DNA of 64,000 bases from NCBI RefSeq assembly GCF_009914755.1, contig NC_060947.1; one strand, written 5' to 3'. Below the pieces are notes generated by a model, which did not search any database, was not told where the DNA came from, and worked only from the letters and a program-made list of their open reading frames with translations. Positions 13,685-26,823 of this stretch are shown here, piece after piece. The DNA comes from the human T2T-CHM13v2.0 reference genome, Homo sapiens. Position 1 is the first letter of the stretch. Each line of letters opens with the position of its first letter. Both the position numbers and the translations under genes were made by a program.

Positions 13685-15040
13685 ATTTCTGTTTCCAGTC
13701 CTGATGGAGTAACTGCTATCAGATTAGCCTTACCACTGTAGACAATTACAAAACTGAACAACACAGATGAAACAATTATTTTTGATCAGTATGCAACAAA
13801 TAATGCATGACCATGATCCCTGAGAGCAAGGAAAGTTGCAAGTTGAACCCATGACTACCTAGCTCTCTGCCGGGGAAAGTTTCCTCACAGCAGCACAGAG
13901 ATCTGTAGGCCATGTAGTACACAATAGTCACAATGAGATAAGATGGTAGAGGTCAGAGTTTGGGAAGCTGAAGTGGGTGGAATCTGTGAGGATAAGCATG
14001 GACCAAGAGCAGAGCTTTGCATAAAAGGGGCCCCAGGCTCTGTATGGGAGGTCTCCCACAAGATCGTGGTTGTTTGGGAGGTCTCCCACAAGATCGTGGT
14101 TGAAGGTTGAGCCATACGTGTGCAGGGTGAGACCACATCAGGCTTGCCAGACTACTCAGAAGTCAAAGACTTTAAGGTAAATGTTATAAGTAGGTTAAAA
14201 GAATTAAAGAAAAATATGTGAACAGACAATGAAGATCAACAAAGAAATGAGAACTATTAAAATAAACCCAGTTGAAATACTAGAATTTGGAAACCACAGT
14301 AACTAGCATGAAAGATTGATTGGCAGCGGGGCTTAAAAGCAGACTGGAGATGGCATAGGAGTCAATGAACATAAAAAGAGATTTTAAAAAGTACTCAACT
14401 TGAGAAACAGAGGAAAAAAGAATTTAAAAAAATGAAAAGAGTTTTGGGTATCTGTGCCACAATATAATGATATAAAATATTTCTCCTCAGAGTTCCGGTA
14501 AAAAAAGAATAATACTGGGGTAGGAAAAAAAAAATTTTTTCAAATAGATAAAAATGTCTCAAATCTGATAAAAGCAGAATGGGAACTTACAAAATCTTGA
14601 AAGGCTACCAAACTTCGAGCAATATAAATGTAAAGAAAACCACACCTAGGCACATGATAGTCGAACTGATGAAAAGCACAGATAAAGAGAAAAATTTGAA
14701 AAGCATCAGAGGCAAAAGATGCATGATATTCAGCAGGAGATGGTAAATCTTTTAGGCTTTGGGGCCACATATGGTCTCCTCTGTGGCATACTCCTTGCTT
14801 TTTAAAATAACTTTAAAAGTATAAAACCCATTTTAGCTCATAAGGCACACAAAAAAGTCCACAGGTCATAGTTTGCAAACCACTGACATACATAAAGATT
14901 ATACTATAAGAATTATCACTGACTTCTTATCAGAAAGAAAGGATACCTGAAGGTATAGGATTGACATCTTTACTGAAAGAAAAAAGATACTCTCAATCTA
15001 GAACTCAATATCTACTAAAATATCTTTCTGAAATAAAGGT
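13685..15040 (+). mobile_element. Old L1M 5'UTR/ORF1 relic containing a MER58-like hAT insertion (approx. 14732-14885)
   Basis: ORF1-like aagaaaaccacacctaggcacatgatagtc...gacttcttatcagaaa; MER58-like ttttaggctttggggccaca...tagtttgcaaaccactg. Confidence 0.7.
14045..14102. repeat. 30-bp direct tandem duplication
   Basis: tgggaggtctcccacaagatcgtggttg occurs at 14045 and 14075. Confidence 0.95.
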
Positions 15041-18000
15041 AGGGGAGGACAATGTGACTGACTAGGTGCAACCAGGTGAAAAAGCTGCCACCAAGGGGCT
15101 GAGAAGACTGGTGCTTTTCTTAGAAATCTTCAGATAGAAGGTACCGAGAGTGGAGAGAGGGAAGACACAGAAGCTGGGCTGAAGTGGGAGGAAGCTGGAA
15201 ACCCCACACCGGGCTACTGTACACCAGGACTAATTCCTGGTCCCTAGTAACTCCAGAGGAATGGGTGAGTTGAACTGGCAAGGAACAACCTGCTCTCATC
15301 ACAGGCCTCTAGATTCCCAACAGAAGAAAACCCCATGACCACCATCTTAAGTTGGCAGGAAGAGCTGCTTAGAGAAGTGGTAGGGGCAGGATGCCAGAGG
15401 AAGCAGAGCCCAGGGGGTTTGGTGCAGGAGCATGTGTAATGAAGCACAGCTGGAGAAGACCATCTCCCTAGGCTCAACTTGTGCCCACAGCAGACTTTAG
15501 CCCTAGGGGAACTGTCAGACCTGAACTCCGCAGGGCAGTCTTATTCACCAGATAGGGCAGGTTTAACCTGAGCACCCCTTGGTCTGCTGGCCTCTCTTGG
15601 GGACCCAGCCTGGTTGCGCCTGCTTTCAGGGCAGCTTCAGGTGCCCTGGAGGCCCATAGCATAGCTCCTGCACTGGCAGAATGTGCCTGACTGCTGGACA
15701 CTTCCAGCAGGGTGTCCTCCATAGCCTTGCAACAGGCCACCCACTCCTTCCCCTCACTGCAGCTTCCCCTGGGACCATGGCACCACCCTACACTGTTTTG
15801 CTAGCATGTGTGTGCACAGGTGGGTTTTTCCTTACTTGCCCCACCAGCACATCTGTGTGCATGCACTCTGCCCTACTACTGTTGTGGCAAGAGTGTACTC
15901 AACCTCCCATTACCTCGCCAGACTGCCACTGCAGTCAGAGCCTTGGCAGGCATAGAACCAGCCAGCCCATTCCTGACAGCACCTTGCCCTTGCACCAACA
16001 CTGCTGCAGGAGTAAAACTAGACACAGAGAACAGCAAACACTCTTCTGTGGTGAGTGTCCACCCTTACCCGTGGCGCACAGAGAATGCACACAGACCTGC
16101 TCCTGCCAGCGCCCTGTCCCCATGATAACACCACCACCAGCATGACAATGCACATAGTCACCAGCAAAGGCCCCTTCCCCACCCCCAAAGCCATGCTGTC
16201 CCTGCCCCTGAGGTGAATGATCACAGGGAGGCAGGTACCCCAACACCTGCTAGCAACTTGCTGCAGATGAAGAGTGTGCACCCCACTGCACTGCTCTTGC
16301 CACTGCTGCTGACAAAAGCAAATGAGGCACTGCCTCCTCACTATGAAAACCTTTAGCTGATATCACCCATCAGAGTGTAGTAGCGAGCAGTCGGGAGCAC
16401 TTCAGCCCCCATAATGTAGAATATTCCTATCCTCGAGAATCCAGAGAACAAAGTTGAGGTCTGATATAAGTCCCCCAGAGTTAGAACATGCAGTCCAGGA
16501 GTCGGGAGCTGAGCGTTGGCCCCTTAAAACCTTCCAGAAATGAATCCAGTTAGCTGAATTCACTTTATTTCACTATCAAACACTCTAAGTCATGACAAAG
16601 GACAAAAAGAAAAAAAAAAAACTATCCAAAGGTAAGCAACATAAAAGATTGAAGAAACATCAGCCCAAAAAGATGAGAAAGAACCAATGCAAGAACTCTG
16701 GCAACTCAAAAATGCAGAGTGCCTTCTCTTCTCCAAAAGACCACACCACTTCCACAGCAGGGATTCTGAACCAGGCTGAGGTTGCTGAAATGACAGAAAT
16801 ATAATTCAGAATATGGATGGGAACAAAGATCATTGAGATGTAAGAGTATGTTGAAACCCAATCCAAGGAAGATAACAATCACAATAAAATTATACAGGAG
16901 CTGACACAAAATAGCCAGTAGAGAAAAGAATGTAACTGACTTCATAGGGCTGAAAAACACACTACAGGAATGTGATAATGCAATCACAAGTATTAATAGC
17001 AGAATAGACCAAGCTGAGGAAAGAATCTCAGAGGTTAAAGACTGGCTTCCTAAAATAAGACAGGCAGACAAGAATAAAATATAGAAAAAAAGGGATGAAT
17101 AAAACCTCTGAGAAATATAGGATTATGTAAAGAGACCAAACCTATGACTCAGTGGTGCCCCTGAAAAAGATGGGGAGAATGGAAGCAACTTGGAAAACAT
17201 AATTTAGGATATAATTCATGAGAATTTCCCCAATCTAGTTAGAGAGGCCAACATTCAATTCAGGAAATACAGATCCTTTTCAGACAAGCAAATGCTGAGG
17301 GAATTCATCACCACCACACCTGCCTTGCAAGAGCTCCTGAAGGAAGCACTAAATATGGAAAGGAAAGACCATTACCAGCCACTACCAAAACACACTGAAG
17401 TATATAGACCAGTGACACTATAAGCCAACCACATAAACAACTCTGCAAAATAACCAGCTAGCATCATGATGACAGGATCAAATTTACACATAACCATACT
17501 AACCTTGAATGTAATGGGCTATGTACCCAAATTAAAAGTCAAAGATTGGCAAGCTGCATAAAGAACCAAGACACATTGGGATACTGTCTTCAAGAGACCT
17601 ATCTCACATGCAATGACACACATAGGCTCAAAATAAAGGGTTGGAGGAAAATCTACCGGGCAAGTGGAAAACAAAAAAAAAGCAGAGGTTGCAATTCTAA
17701 TTTGAGACAAAACAGACTTTAAACCAACAAAGATAAAAAAAAAAAAAGACAAAGAAGGGCACTACATAATGGTAAAGGGTTCAAGTCAACAAGAAGACCT
17801 AACTATCCTAACTATATATGCACCCAACACAGGAGCACACAGATTAATAAAGCAAGTTCTTAGAGACCTTCAAAGAGACTTAGACTCTCACAAAATAATA
17901 GGGGGAGACTTCAACACCACACAGAGAATATTAGACAGATTACCGGGGGAGAAAATTAACAAAGATATTCAGGTCCTGAAGTTAGCACTGGATCAAATTG

Positions 18001-21000
18001 ACCTGATAGACATGTACAGAACTCTCCACCCCAAAAGCAATAGAATATACATTTTTCTCACCAACACGTGACACATACTCTAAAATCAACCACGTAATTG
18101 GACAAAAAACACTCCTCAGCAAATACAAAAGTACTAAAATCATAAGAAATGCTCTCTCAGACGACAGCACAATCCAATTAGAAATCAAGACTAAGAAATT
18201 TGCTCAAAACCATAAAATTACATGGAAAATCAATTACCTGCTCCTGAATGATTTTGAGTAAATAATGAAAGTAAGGCAGAAATCAAAAAGTTCTTTGAAA
18301 CTAAGGAGAACAAAGATAGAACATACCAGAAACTCTGGAACATATCTAAGGCCGTATTAAGAGGGAAATGTATAGCACTAAATTTCCACATCAAAACATT
18401 AGAACAGTCACAATTTAACAAACTAGCATCACAATTAAAATAACTAGAGAACCAAAAGCAAATAAATGCCAAAGTTAGTAGAAAAAAGAAAATAATGAAA
18501 ATCAGAGCTGAACTGAAGGAAATTGAGGCACAAGAAGACACCCTTGATCAATGATTTCAGAAGTTGTTTTTTGAAAAAAGTAATAGAATAGATATACCAC
18601 TAGCTAGACTAAAAAAAAAGAAAATATAAAAGTTTCAAAGAAACATAATTAGAAACACTAAAGGGGATATTACCACTGACCCCAAAGACATAAAAATAAT
18701 CCTCAGAGAATATTATGAACACCTCCATAGACATAAACTAGAAAATCTAGAATAAATGGATAAACTCCTGGACACATACAACCTCCCAAGACTGAGCCAG
18801 GAAGAAATTGAATTCCTGATCAGACCAATAAAAAGCTTTGAAATTGAATCAGTAATAAATAGCCTACCAACAAAAACAACAACAAAAACCCAGCACCTGA
18901 TGGATTCACAGCCAAATTCCACCAGATGTACAAAGAAGAGCTGGTACCATTTCTACTAAAACTATTCCCAAAAATTGAGAAGGAGGAACTCCTCCCTAAC
19001 TCATTCTAAGAGGGAAGCATCATCCTGATACCAAAACCTGGCAGAGGCACAACAAAAAAAGAAAACATCAGGCCAATATCATTGATGAACATAATTGTAA
19101 AAGTCCTCAACAAAACACTGACAAACTAAATCCAGCCACACATCAAAAAACTAATCCACTGTGATCAAGCAGGCTTTATTTCTGGGATGCAAGTTTGGTT
19201 CAACATACACAAATCAATAAATATAATTGATCACATAAACAGAACCAAAGTGAAAAACCACATGATTATCTCAGTAGATGCAGAATAGGCTTTAGATAAA
19301 ATTTAACACCTCTTTATGTTAAGAGCTTTGAATGAAGTAGGTCTTGAATATACCTCCAAATAATAAGATCCATGTATGGCAAACCCAAAGCCAACATCAT
19401 ACTGAAGGGGAAAAAGCTGGAAGCATTGCCATTGAAAACCAGCACAAGACAAGAATGCCCTTTCTCACCACTCCTATTCAACATAGTATTAGACATCCTG
19501 GCCAGGGAAATCAGGCAAAAAAAAGAAATAAATTTCATTCAAATAGGAATATAAGAAGTCAAACAATCTTTGCAGAAATCATGATTCTATGTGTCAGTTC
19601 AAAAGCTCCTTAAGCTTATAAACAACTTCAGCAAAGTCTCAGGATACAAAATTGATGTATAAAAATAACTAGCATTTCTATAGACCAACAGTAGTCAAGC
19701 CGAGAGCCATATCAGGAACACAGCCCCAATCACAATTTCCACAAAAAAATAAAACACCTAGGTATACAGTTGACTAGGGAAGTGAAAGATCTCCACAAGG
19801 AGTACTACAAAACACTTCTCAAATAAATCAGAGATCACAAAAAATTTGAAAACCATTCCAGGCTACTGTGTAGGAAATATCATTATCATTAAAATGGCCA
19901 TACTACCCAAAGCAATTTGTAGATTCTATGCTATTCCTATCAAACTACCAAGGACATTCTTCACAGAAATAGAATAAACTATTTTAAAACTCATATGAAA
20001 CCAAAAAAGAGCCTGAATAGCCAAGGCAGTCCTAAGCAAAAACAACAAAGCTGGAGGCATCATGCTACCTGACTTCAAACTATACTACAAGGCTACAGTA
20101 ACCCAAACAGTATGGTACAAAAATAAATGCATAGACCAAGGGAACAGAATAGTCAGCCCAGAAATAAGTCTGCACAGCTACAATTGTCTAATTTTCGACA
20201 AACCTGACAAGAACAAGCAGTGGGGAAAGGATTCCCTACTGAATAAATGGTACTGGGATAACTGGCTAGCCATATGCCGAAGATTGAAACTGGACCCCTT
20301 TCTTGTACCATATACAAAAATCAATTCAAGATGGATTAAAGACTTAATTGTAAAACCCAAAACCATGAAAACCCTGGAAGACAACCTAGGCAATACCATT
20401 CTGGATATAGGAATGGGTCAAGATTTCATGGCAAAGAGGCCAAAACCAATGACAACAAATGCAAAAATTGACAAATGGAACCTAATCAAACTAAAGAGCT
20501 TCTGCACAGCAAAAGAAACTATCAACAGAGTAGACCAACAACCTACAAAATGGGAGAAAATGTTTGCAAATTATGCATTCAATGAAGGTTCAATATCCAG
20601 CATCTATAAGGAACTTAAATTTACATGAAGAAAACAAACAACCCTATTAGTATGTGGGTAAAGAACATGAACAGACACTTTACAAAAGAAGACTTACATG
20701 TGTTTGAAAACATGAAAAAAAGCTCAGCATCACTGATCATTAGAGAAATGTGAATCAGAACCACAGTGAGATATCATCTCACATCAGTCAAAATGGCTAT
20801 TACTTAAAAGTCAAAAAATAACAGATGCTGGCGAGATTGTGGAGAAAAAGGAATGCTTATACACTGTTGGTGGGAGTGTAAATTAGTTCAACCATTTTGG
20901 AAGACAATGTGGCAATTCCTCAAAGACCTAAACAGAGCAATACTATTTGACCTAGCGATCCCATTACTGGATATATACCGAAAAGAATATAAGTCATTTT

Positions 21001-21493
21001 ATCATAATAATACATGTAATAGTATGTTTACTGCAGCACTATTCACAATAGCAAAGACATGGAATCAACCTAAATGAGGATCAGTGGTAGAATGGTTAAA
21101 GAAAATGTGTGCATATACACCATGGAATACTATACAGTCAGGAAAAAGAACAAGGTAATGTTCTTTGCAGCAACATGGATGGAAGTGGAGGCCATTATCC
21201 TTAGCAAACTAGCACAGTAACAGAAAACCAAATACTGCATGTTCTCACTTATAAGTGGGAGCTAAGTGATGAGAAGACATGGACACACAGAGGGAAACAC
21301 TTGGGCCTTGCACACTGGGGCCTACTTGAGTTTGAAGGGTGAGAGGAGGGAGGGGATCAGGAAAAATAACTAATAGGTAATAGGCTTAATACCTGGGTGA
21401 CAAAATAATCTGTACAACAAATTCCCATGACACGAGTTTACCTATATAACAAACCTGCAACTGTACACTGAACTTAAATTAAAAGTTAAAAAA
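15041..21493 (+). mobile_element. Near full-length older L1PA (about L1PA13-16 class): 5'UTR, ORF1 with internal deletion, disrupted ORF2, 3'UTR
   Basis: GC-rich 5'UTR; endonuclease remnant 17769..18071 (IYAPNTG...GDFNT); RT and C-terminal remnants 19372, 20062, 20853. TSD GAAATAAAG(G/T)T at 15030-15040 and 21494-21504. Confidence 0.95.
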
Positions 21494-22739
21494 GAAATAA
21501 AGTTGAAACGAGCTTTATATTTATATTTGCTAGTATCCCTTCCTTTGAGTTTTTCAATGCTCAAGCTTCACACTCTTCCCTCCTGTTTAGACATTCCACT
21601 GAAACTCCACATATGGGTACTAAATATCATTTTGCTGTGCTCTATCTGTTCTAGTCTCTCACATGAAACATCTCATCAGGGTTTCCCCACTCCATTAATA
21701 TATCTTGTTCTATGTATTCTGTTCATCTTCAAAATTACTCTACGTCCCATTTTCTCCGAATCTTGCTTTATTCTATAGAATCCATGCTAACGTTTTAATG
21801 GGGTTTTGCTGGCTACCATTAATTTAATACAACCTAACATTTGAGAAAAATAACAATTTTTATTGTTTTATTACTTTGTGGCTCTTCAGAGAATTCTCTT
21901 TCTTTCATGGTCAGCTGATGTTGGTACAATAAAATCATGACTGTGATTTTTGCTGATCCCACGTATTTACAGGCATGTAAAGAAATCTATTATCTTCACA
22001 GTTAAGCAAGCATTCTGTTAATTACTCTGTAACTAAGTAGTTGGTCAGCTTTTTACATCAGGCAGTTGAAAGCATAATGAAGCATATTCTTCATGTGGCT
22101 AATGTGACCTTTTCAGTAAACATACTGCTTAAATGCCTGCTTCTCAGGTAATATTTTCAAAGATGTTTGCCAAGTGTGATGTTTCTGCAGTGGATATTTA
22201 AATTTATATTTTATAAATGGATCTCTTTAAAATACCATTAAAAGGTAGCAGGTTTTTCTCTTTGCTAGCACTCTTGCTCTTTTTAGCTATGAATGCTTTT
22301 CCCTAACTTTTACAAGAAAAAGAAAGAGAAGCAGAAAAACAAAAGTCTCAAAAATTCCCTCTTCTTAGGCTAATTCTTGTGCTCTACACACTTTTCTTTT
22401 TCCTGTAAGCAATGGATATCATCAAATTTCACAAAATCACTGGATTTTCTTAATTCAAAAAAATATATATGTAAATATACAAAAGTGTTAGATTCTAGAA
22501 GTTCATAAAATGACATTTAATAATTTATTTCCAGTCTCTAAACCTGTCAACTAGGGCTTAAATATTATTTATCTGACCCAGATAATTGGGTATACATGCA
22601 AAAAGTCTTTATTCTTTGATTAGATGTGCAATGAGGGTAAGTTGTAACTGTTTATATTTGTTCATTTATGTTTTGTCTCGTTCTCTTCCTGTCTCCTCCC
22701 TTCCCCTCTCCTTTCCCTTTGTTACTGCCTCTCTCCACA

Positions 22740-24480
22740 CACTTCTATTTTTTCTGAATCTTTTGAAAGAAAATTGCAGACATCATCCCTGGATATTTCA
22801 GAATATATTTTCTCAGTCCCAGGGCATTCTTCTACATAACCACAATAATAGTTATCAATCTAAAGTGATAAAATTTTCAAATATATGGTCTATTTTCAAC
22901 TTTTCACTTTTTCCCAAAAATGTCCTCCATAACTGTCGTGTTTAAATATATGATCCAATAATATAACATTTGTTTGCCATGTCTCTAGACTCCTTTAATA
23001 CGGAACAATCCCTCTTATTTTGCCTTTTCTAACATTGACCTTTTTCAAGATTACAAGCCATTTGCCTTGTGAGCTATCTCATAGTCTGTGGTAATCTGAT
23101 TGTTCTCTCATGAATGGAGGAGGCTAAAGATTTTTTGCAGGAATAATACATAGGTAGTGGTGTGCATTCCCCATTGCATCATGTTAACTTGTTCTGTTAT
23201 TAGTTTTATCACCTTGGTTAAGGGATATCCACTAGAGCTCTCCATTGTAAAGGCACATTTTCTTCTTGGTAATTAGTAAGTAATCTGTGGAGTGATAGAT
23301 ACTTCACCCAATTGCTTTGGCATCCAGTGATTATTTTTGTCTGAATCAATATTACATTGGAAATCATAAAATGGTGATTTTATAATTTGTTTCTTTTTTA
23401 ACTTTTATTTGCTAGCTGGCATTTTTTGGTAAGAAAGAGATTTCCCTTTGTCCCCTCCTTTTTATATGACTAAAGACTCATGGACTCATATTTTACTAAG
23501 TGTGTTAAAGGTTATTACTGCCATTTTTTTATGTTCCAATTGTTTCCAATTTGGTTAATGGGTTGCTCTTCAAACTAGTTTTTATATCCTTTTGATATGC
23601 CCCAAAAGTCTTTCAGCACTTCCTTGTTTTTTGATGCAATAAGATGTTCCAGGATCGCTTTGTTCTTTTTCTATCCCAGACTTGGAATTAGCCACTGTCC
23701 CAAAGAATCTTAGCTCTTTTTAGTGTGGAATGGTATTTAGAAACCAAAACATAGTCAATATGTGTGCTCATTGCTACAGCAGTGTTATTGCTTATAAGCT
23801 CTTTTCAGTAGACAAATCTAAAAAATATGTGTGTGTGTATGTGTGTTTAAATCATAGGTTCACACTGATAGCTCTATTTCAAATATCATAGGGCCCTTCC
23901 TCATTTCCTCTATATCATATTTGTTTCTTCATCTACCTACTATAAAATCCCAATTTACAAAATTATCAACATATTTATTCATATAATTCACACAAAATTG
24001 TATAGCCTACAATAAACACAAAATAGTTTTAGAATTACTATACGAATAGTGCAACTAAAAATGAATCAGTTGAGAAAAATACAATATGTCTTGTAGTCCT
24101 GTTTGTCTTTAAGATATATGTCAAACTAAGGAGGCAAGCTTAGAATAATCAAAAGTTACATCAATTACTTCTGTAAGGTTATGTTATTAATTTGATATAC
24201 AACTAGGCTCATTTGTTTCCATTTGTAGTCAGTTTTAGGGCTTTCTTTTTCAATATTTATTTTTATTTTTGAAAAGTATAAGCTACGTGCATAGTTCAAA
24301 AATCAAAGTTATATTAAAAAAGATTTAGTCAAAGAATCTCAATTTCATCCCTATCACCTGCATTTCATTACCACTCATCCACTGGAGGTATCCATTCTTT
24401 CAATTTCTGGTTTTGCTTTCCTCAGTTTCTCTTTTGCAAAATAAGGAAATATACACATTCTATAAGAAGCTGTATATTGC
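22740..24480 (-). mobile_element. Ancient L1MC-type 3' region
   Basis: ttgcagacatcat...ttctacataaccacaat...caataagatgttccagg...tggtatttagaaaccaa motifs; boundaries approximate. Confidence 0.7.
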
Positions 24481-24489
24481 ACAGGGTTC

Positions 24490-26720
24490 TTTATTTTTTA
24501 TTGATATATAATAGTTGTACATATTTTGGTGATACATGTGATATTTTGATAACTGTATAAAATCAATGTAATTGGGATATCTATAACCTCCAACATATAT
24601 CTTTCTTTGTGTTGGGAACATTACAGTTCTTTTATTCTGGCTATTTTGAAATATAAAATAAACTATTGTTAATTATAATTTCCCTACTGTACTACTGAAT
24701 ACTAGAACTTATGCCTACTATTTTCCTGTATTTTTGTACCCCTTAGCCAACTTCTCTTTATTCCTCCCGCCTCCTTCCTTTATTGGCCCCTGGTAATCAG
24801 TATTCTATTCTCTACCTCCATGAGATCCACATTTTTAGGTACTGTATATGAGTGACAACGTGCAATATTTGTCTTTTGACGTTTGGCTTATTTCACTTAA
24901 CATAATGACCTGAAGTTCCATCCATGTTGCTGCAAATGACAGAATTTCATTCTTTTTTATTGCTGCATAATGTGAATGAGAACATGCAATATTTGTCTTT
25001 CTGTGCCCAGCTAATTTCATTTATCATAATAACCTCCAGTTTGATTCAAATAATAGGAATTCATTATTTTTATGCCTAAAAAATATTCCATTGTGTATAT
25101 ATGCCACATTATCTTTATTCATTCCTCCATTGATGAATACTAGGTTAATTCTGTATCTTGGCTATTCTGAATAGTGCTACCTTAAACAAGGGAGTGCAGA
25201 TATCTCTTCAATATATTTATTTCCTTTATTTTGAATATATACTCAGCAGTAGGATTGCTGGATCAAATGATATTTTTAATTTTAATTTTTGGAGGAACCA
25301 CCATACTGTTTTTCGTAGTGGTTGTACTAATTTACATTCCCACCAGCAGTGTAAAAGTGTTCCCTTTTCTCTGCATCCTTGACAGCATTTGTTATTTTTT
25401 TCATCTTTTTTGGTAATAACCATTCTAACAAGGAAAAGAGGATATCTCATTGTGGTTTTGTTTTGCATTTCCCTGATGATTAGTGATTTTGCACATTGTT
25501 TCATGTACTTGGCCATTTGAATGCCTTCTTTTGAGATATGTCTATTCAGATATCATGGTTATTTTTAAATCAGATTGTATTTTTGCTGTTGTTTGAGTTC
25601 CTCATGTATTCTATGTATTAATTATCAGATTAATAGTTTGCAAATATTTATTCTATTCTACTAGTTGTCTCCCCACTCTATTTTTCCATTGCTGTGCAAA
25701 AGCTTTTTAGCTTGATATAATCTCATTTGTTTAATTTTGCCTTTGATGCCTCTGCTTCTAAGGTCTTATCCAAAAAATCTTTGCCCAGACCAATGTCCTG
25801 TAGTATTTCTCCAATGTTTTATCTTAGTAATTTTATAGCTTCAGGTCTTACATTTAAGTCTTTAATCCATTTTTGAGTTGATTTTTATATGGTGAAAAAT
25901 GAAGATATAGTTTATTTCTTCTGCATATGGTTATCCAGCTTTCCCAGCATGATTTTTTAGAGACACTCTTTTCCTATGTGTATGTTCTTGGCACCTTTTT
26001 GAAAACGAGTTGGCTATAAGGGGATAAATTTATTTCTGGGTGTTCTGTTCTGTTCCATTGGTCACTGTGCCTGTTTTTATGCCAGTATCATGCTGTTTTG
26101 GTTGGTGCAGATTTGTAGTATAATTGGAAATTAGTGATGTAGTTTGGATATTTGTACTCACCCAAATCTCATGTTGAATTGTAATCCCTAGTGGTGGAGG
26201 TGAGGCCTGGTGGGAAGTGTTTGGACCATAGGGGTGGATCCCTCAAGGCGTGGTGCTGTCTTCGTGATAGAGTTCTCATGAGATTTAGTCATTTAAAAGT
26301 GTGGTGTGACACCTCTCCCTCACACTCTCTCTTTCTTGCTCCTGCTTTGTGGTGTGATGTGCAAGCTCTCACTTCACCTTCCCCCATGAGTAAAAGCTTC
26401 CTGAGGCCTCACCAAAAGCTATGTTTTGTGTATAACCTGCAGAACCATGAGTCAAGTAAATCTGTTTTCTCTATAAATTACCCAGTCTCCAGTATTTATA
26501 ACAACGCAAGAACAGCCTAATACTATCAGGTAGTGAGAGGCCTCCAGCTTTGTTCTTTTTTTTCCTCATTATTGCTTTAGCTTTTTGGGGTCTTTTATGA
26601 TACCATACAAATTTTAGGCTTGTATTTTCTATTTCTGTGAAGGATGTGATTGGTATTTTGATAGGAATTATGTTAAATCTGTTGATCGCTTTGGGTAGTA
26701 TCATCATTTTAACAATATTC
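24490..26720 (-). mobile_element. L1MA-type 3' portion, interrupted by an MST LTR
   Basis: ORF2 remnants 25226..25516 and 26471..26707 ([17 protein letters not shown]); L1MA 3'UTR. Confidence 0.9.
26135..26524 (+). mobile_element. MaLR solo LTR (MSTB-like)
   Basis: tgatgtagtttggata...ccaaatctcatgttgaattgtaatccc...ctataaattacccagtctc...cctaatac; TSD ATTAG/ATCAG. Confidence 0.9.
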
Positions 26721-26823
26721 TTAATATTCTCAATATTATAACAATAACTTATATCTACTAGTTTTAAACATTTTAATATTCCAATGGCTAATCATTTGTT
26801 ATTTTCTGTTTTTCTTTCAACAG

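Noticed and set aside
15120-16341. Cluster of GC-rich ORFs (up to 154 aa)
   Set aside because: They lie in the L1 5'UTR; GC richness explains the open frames
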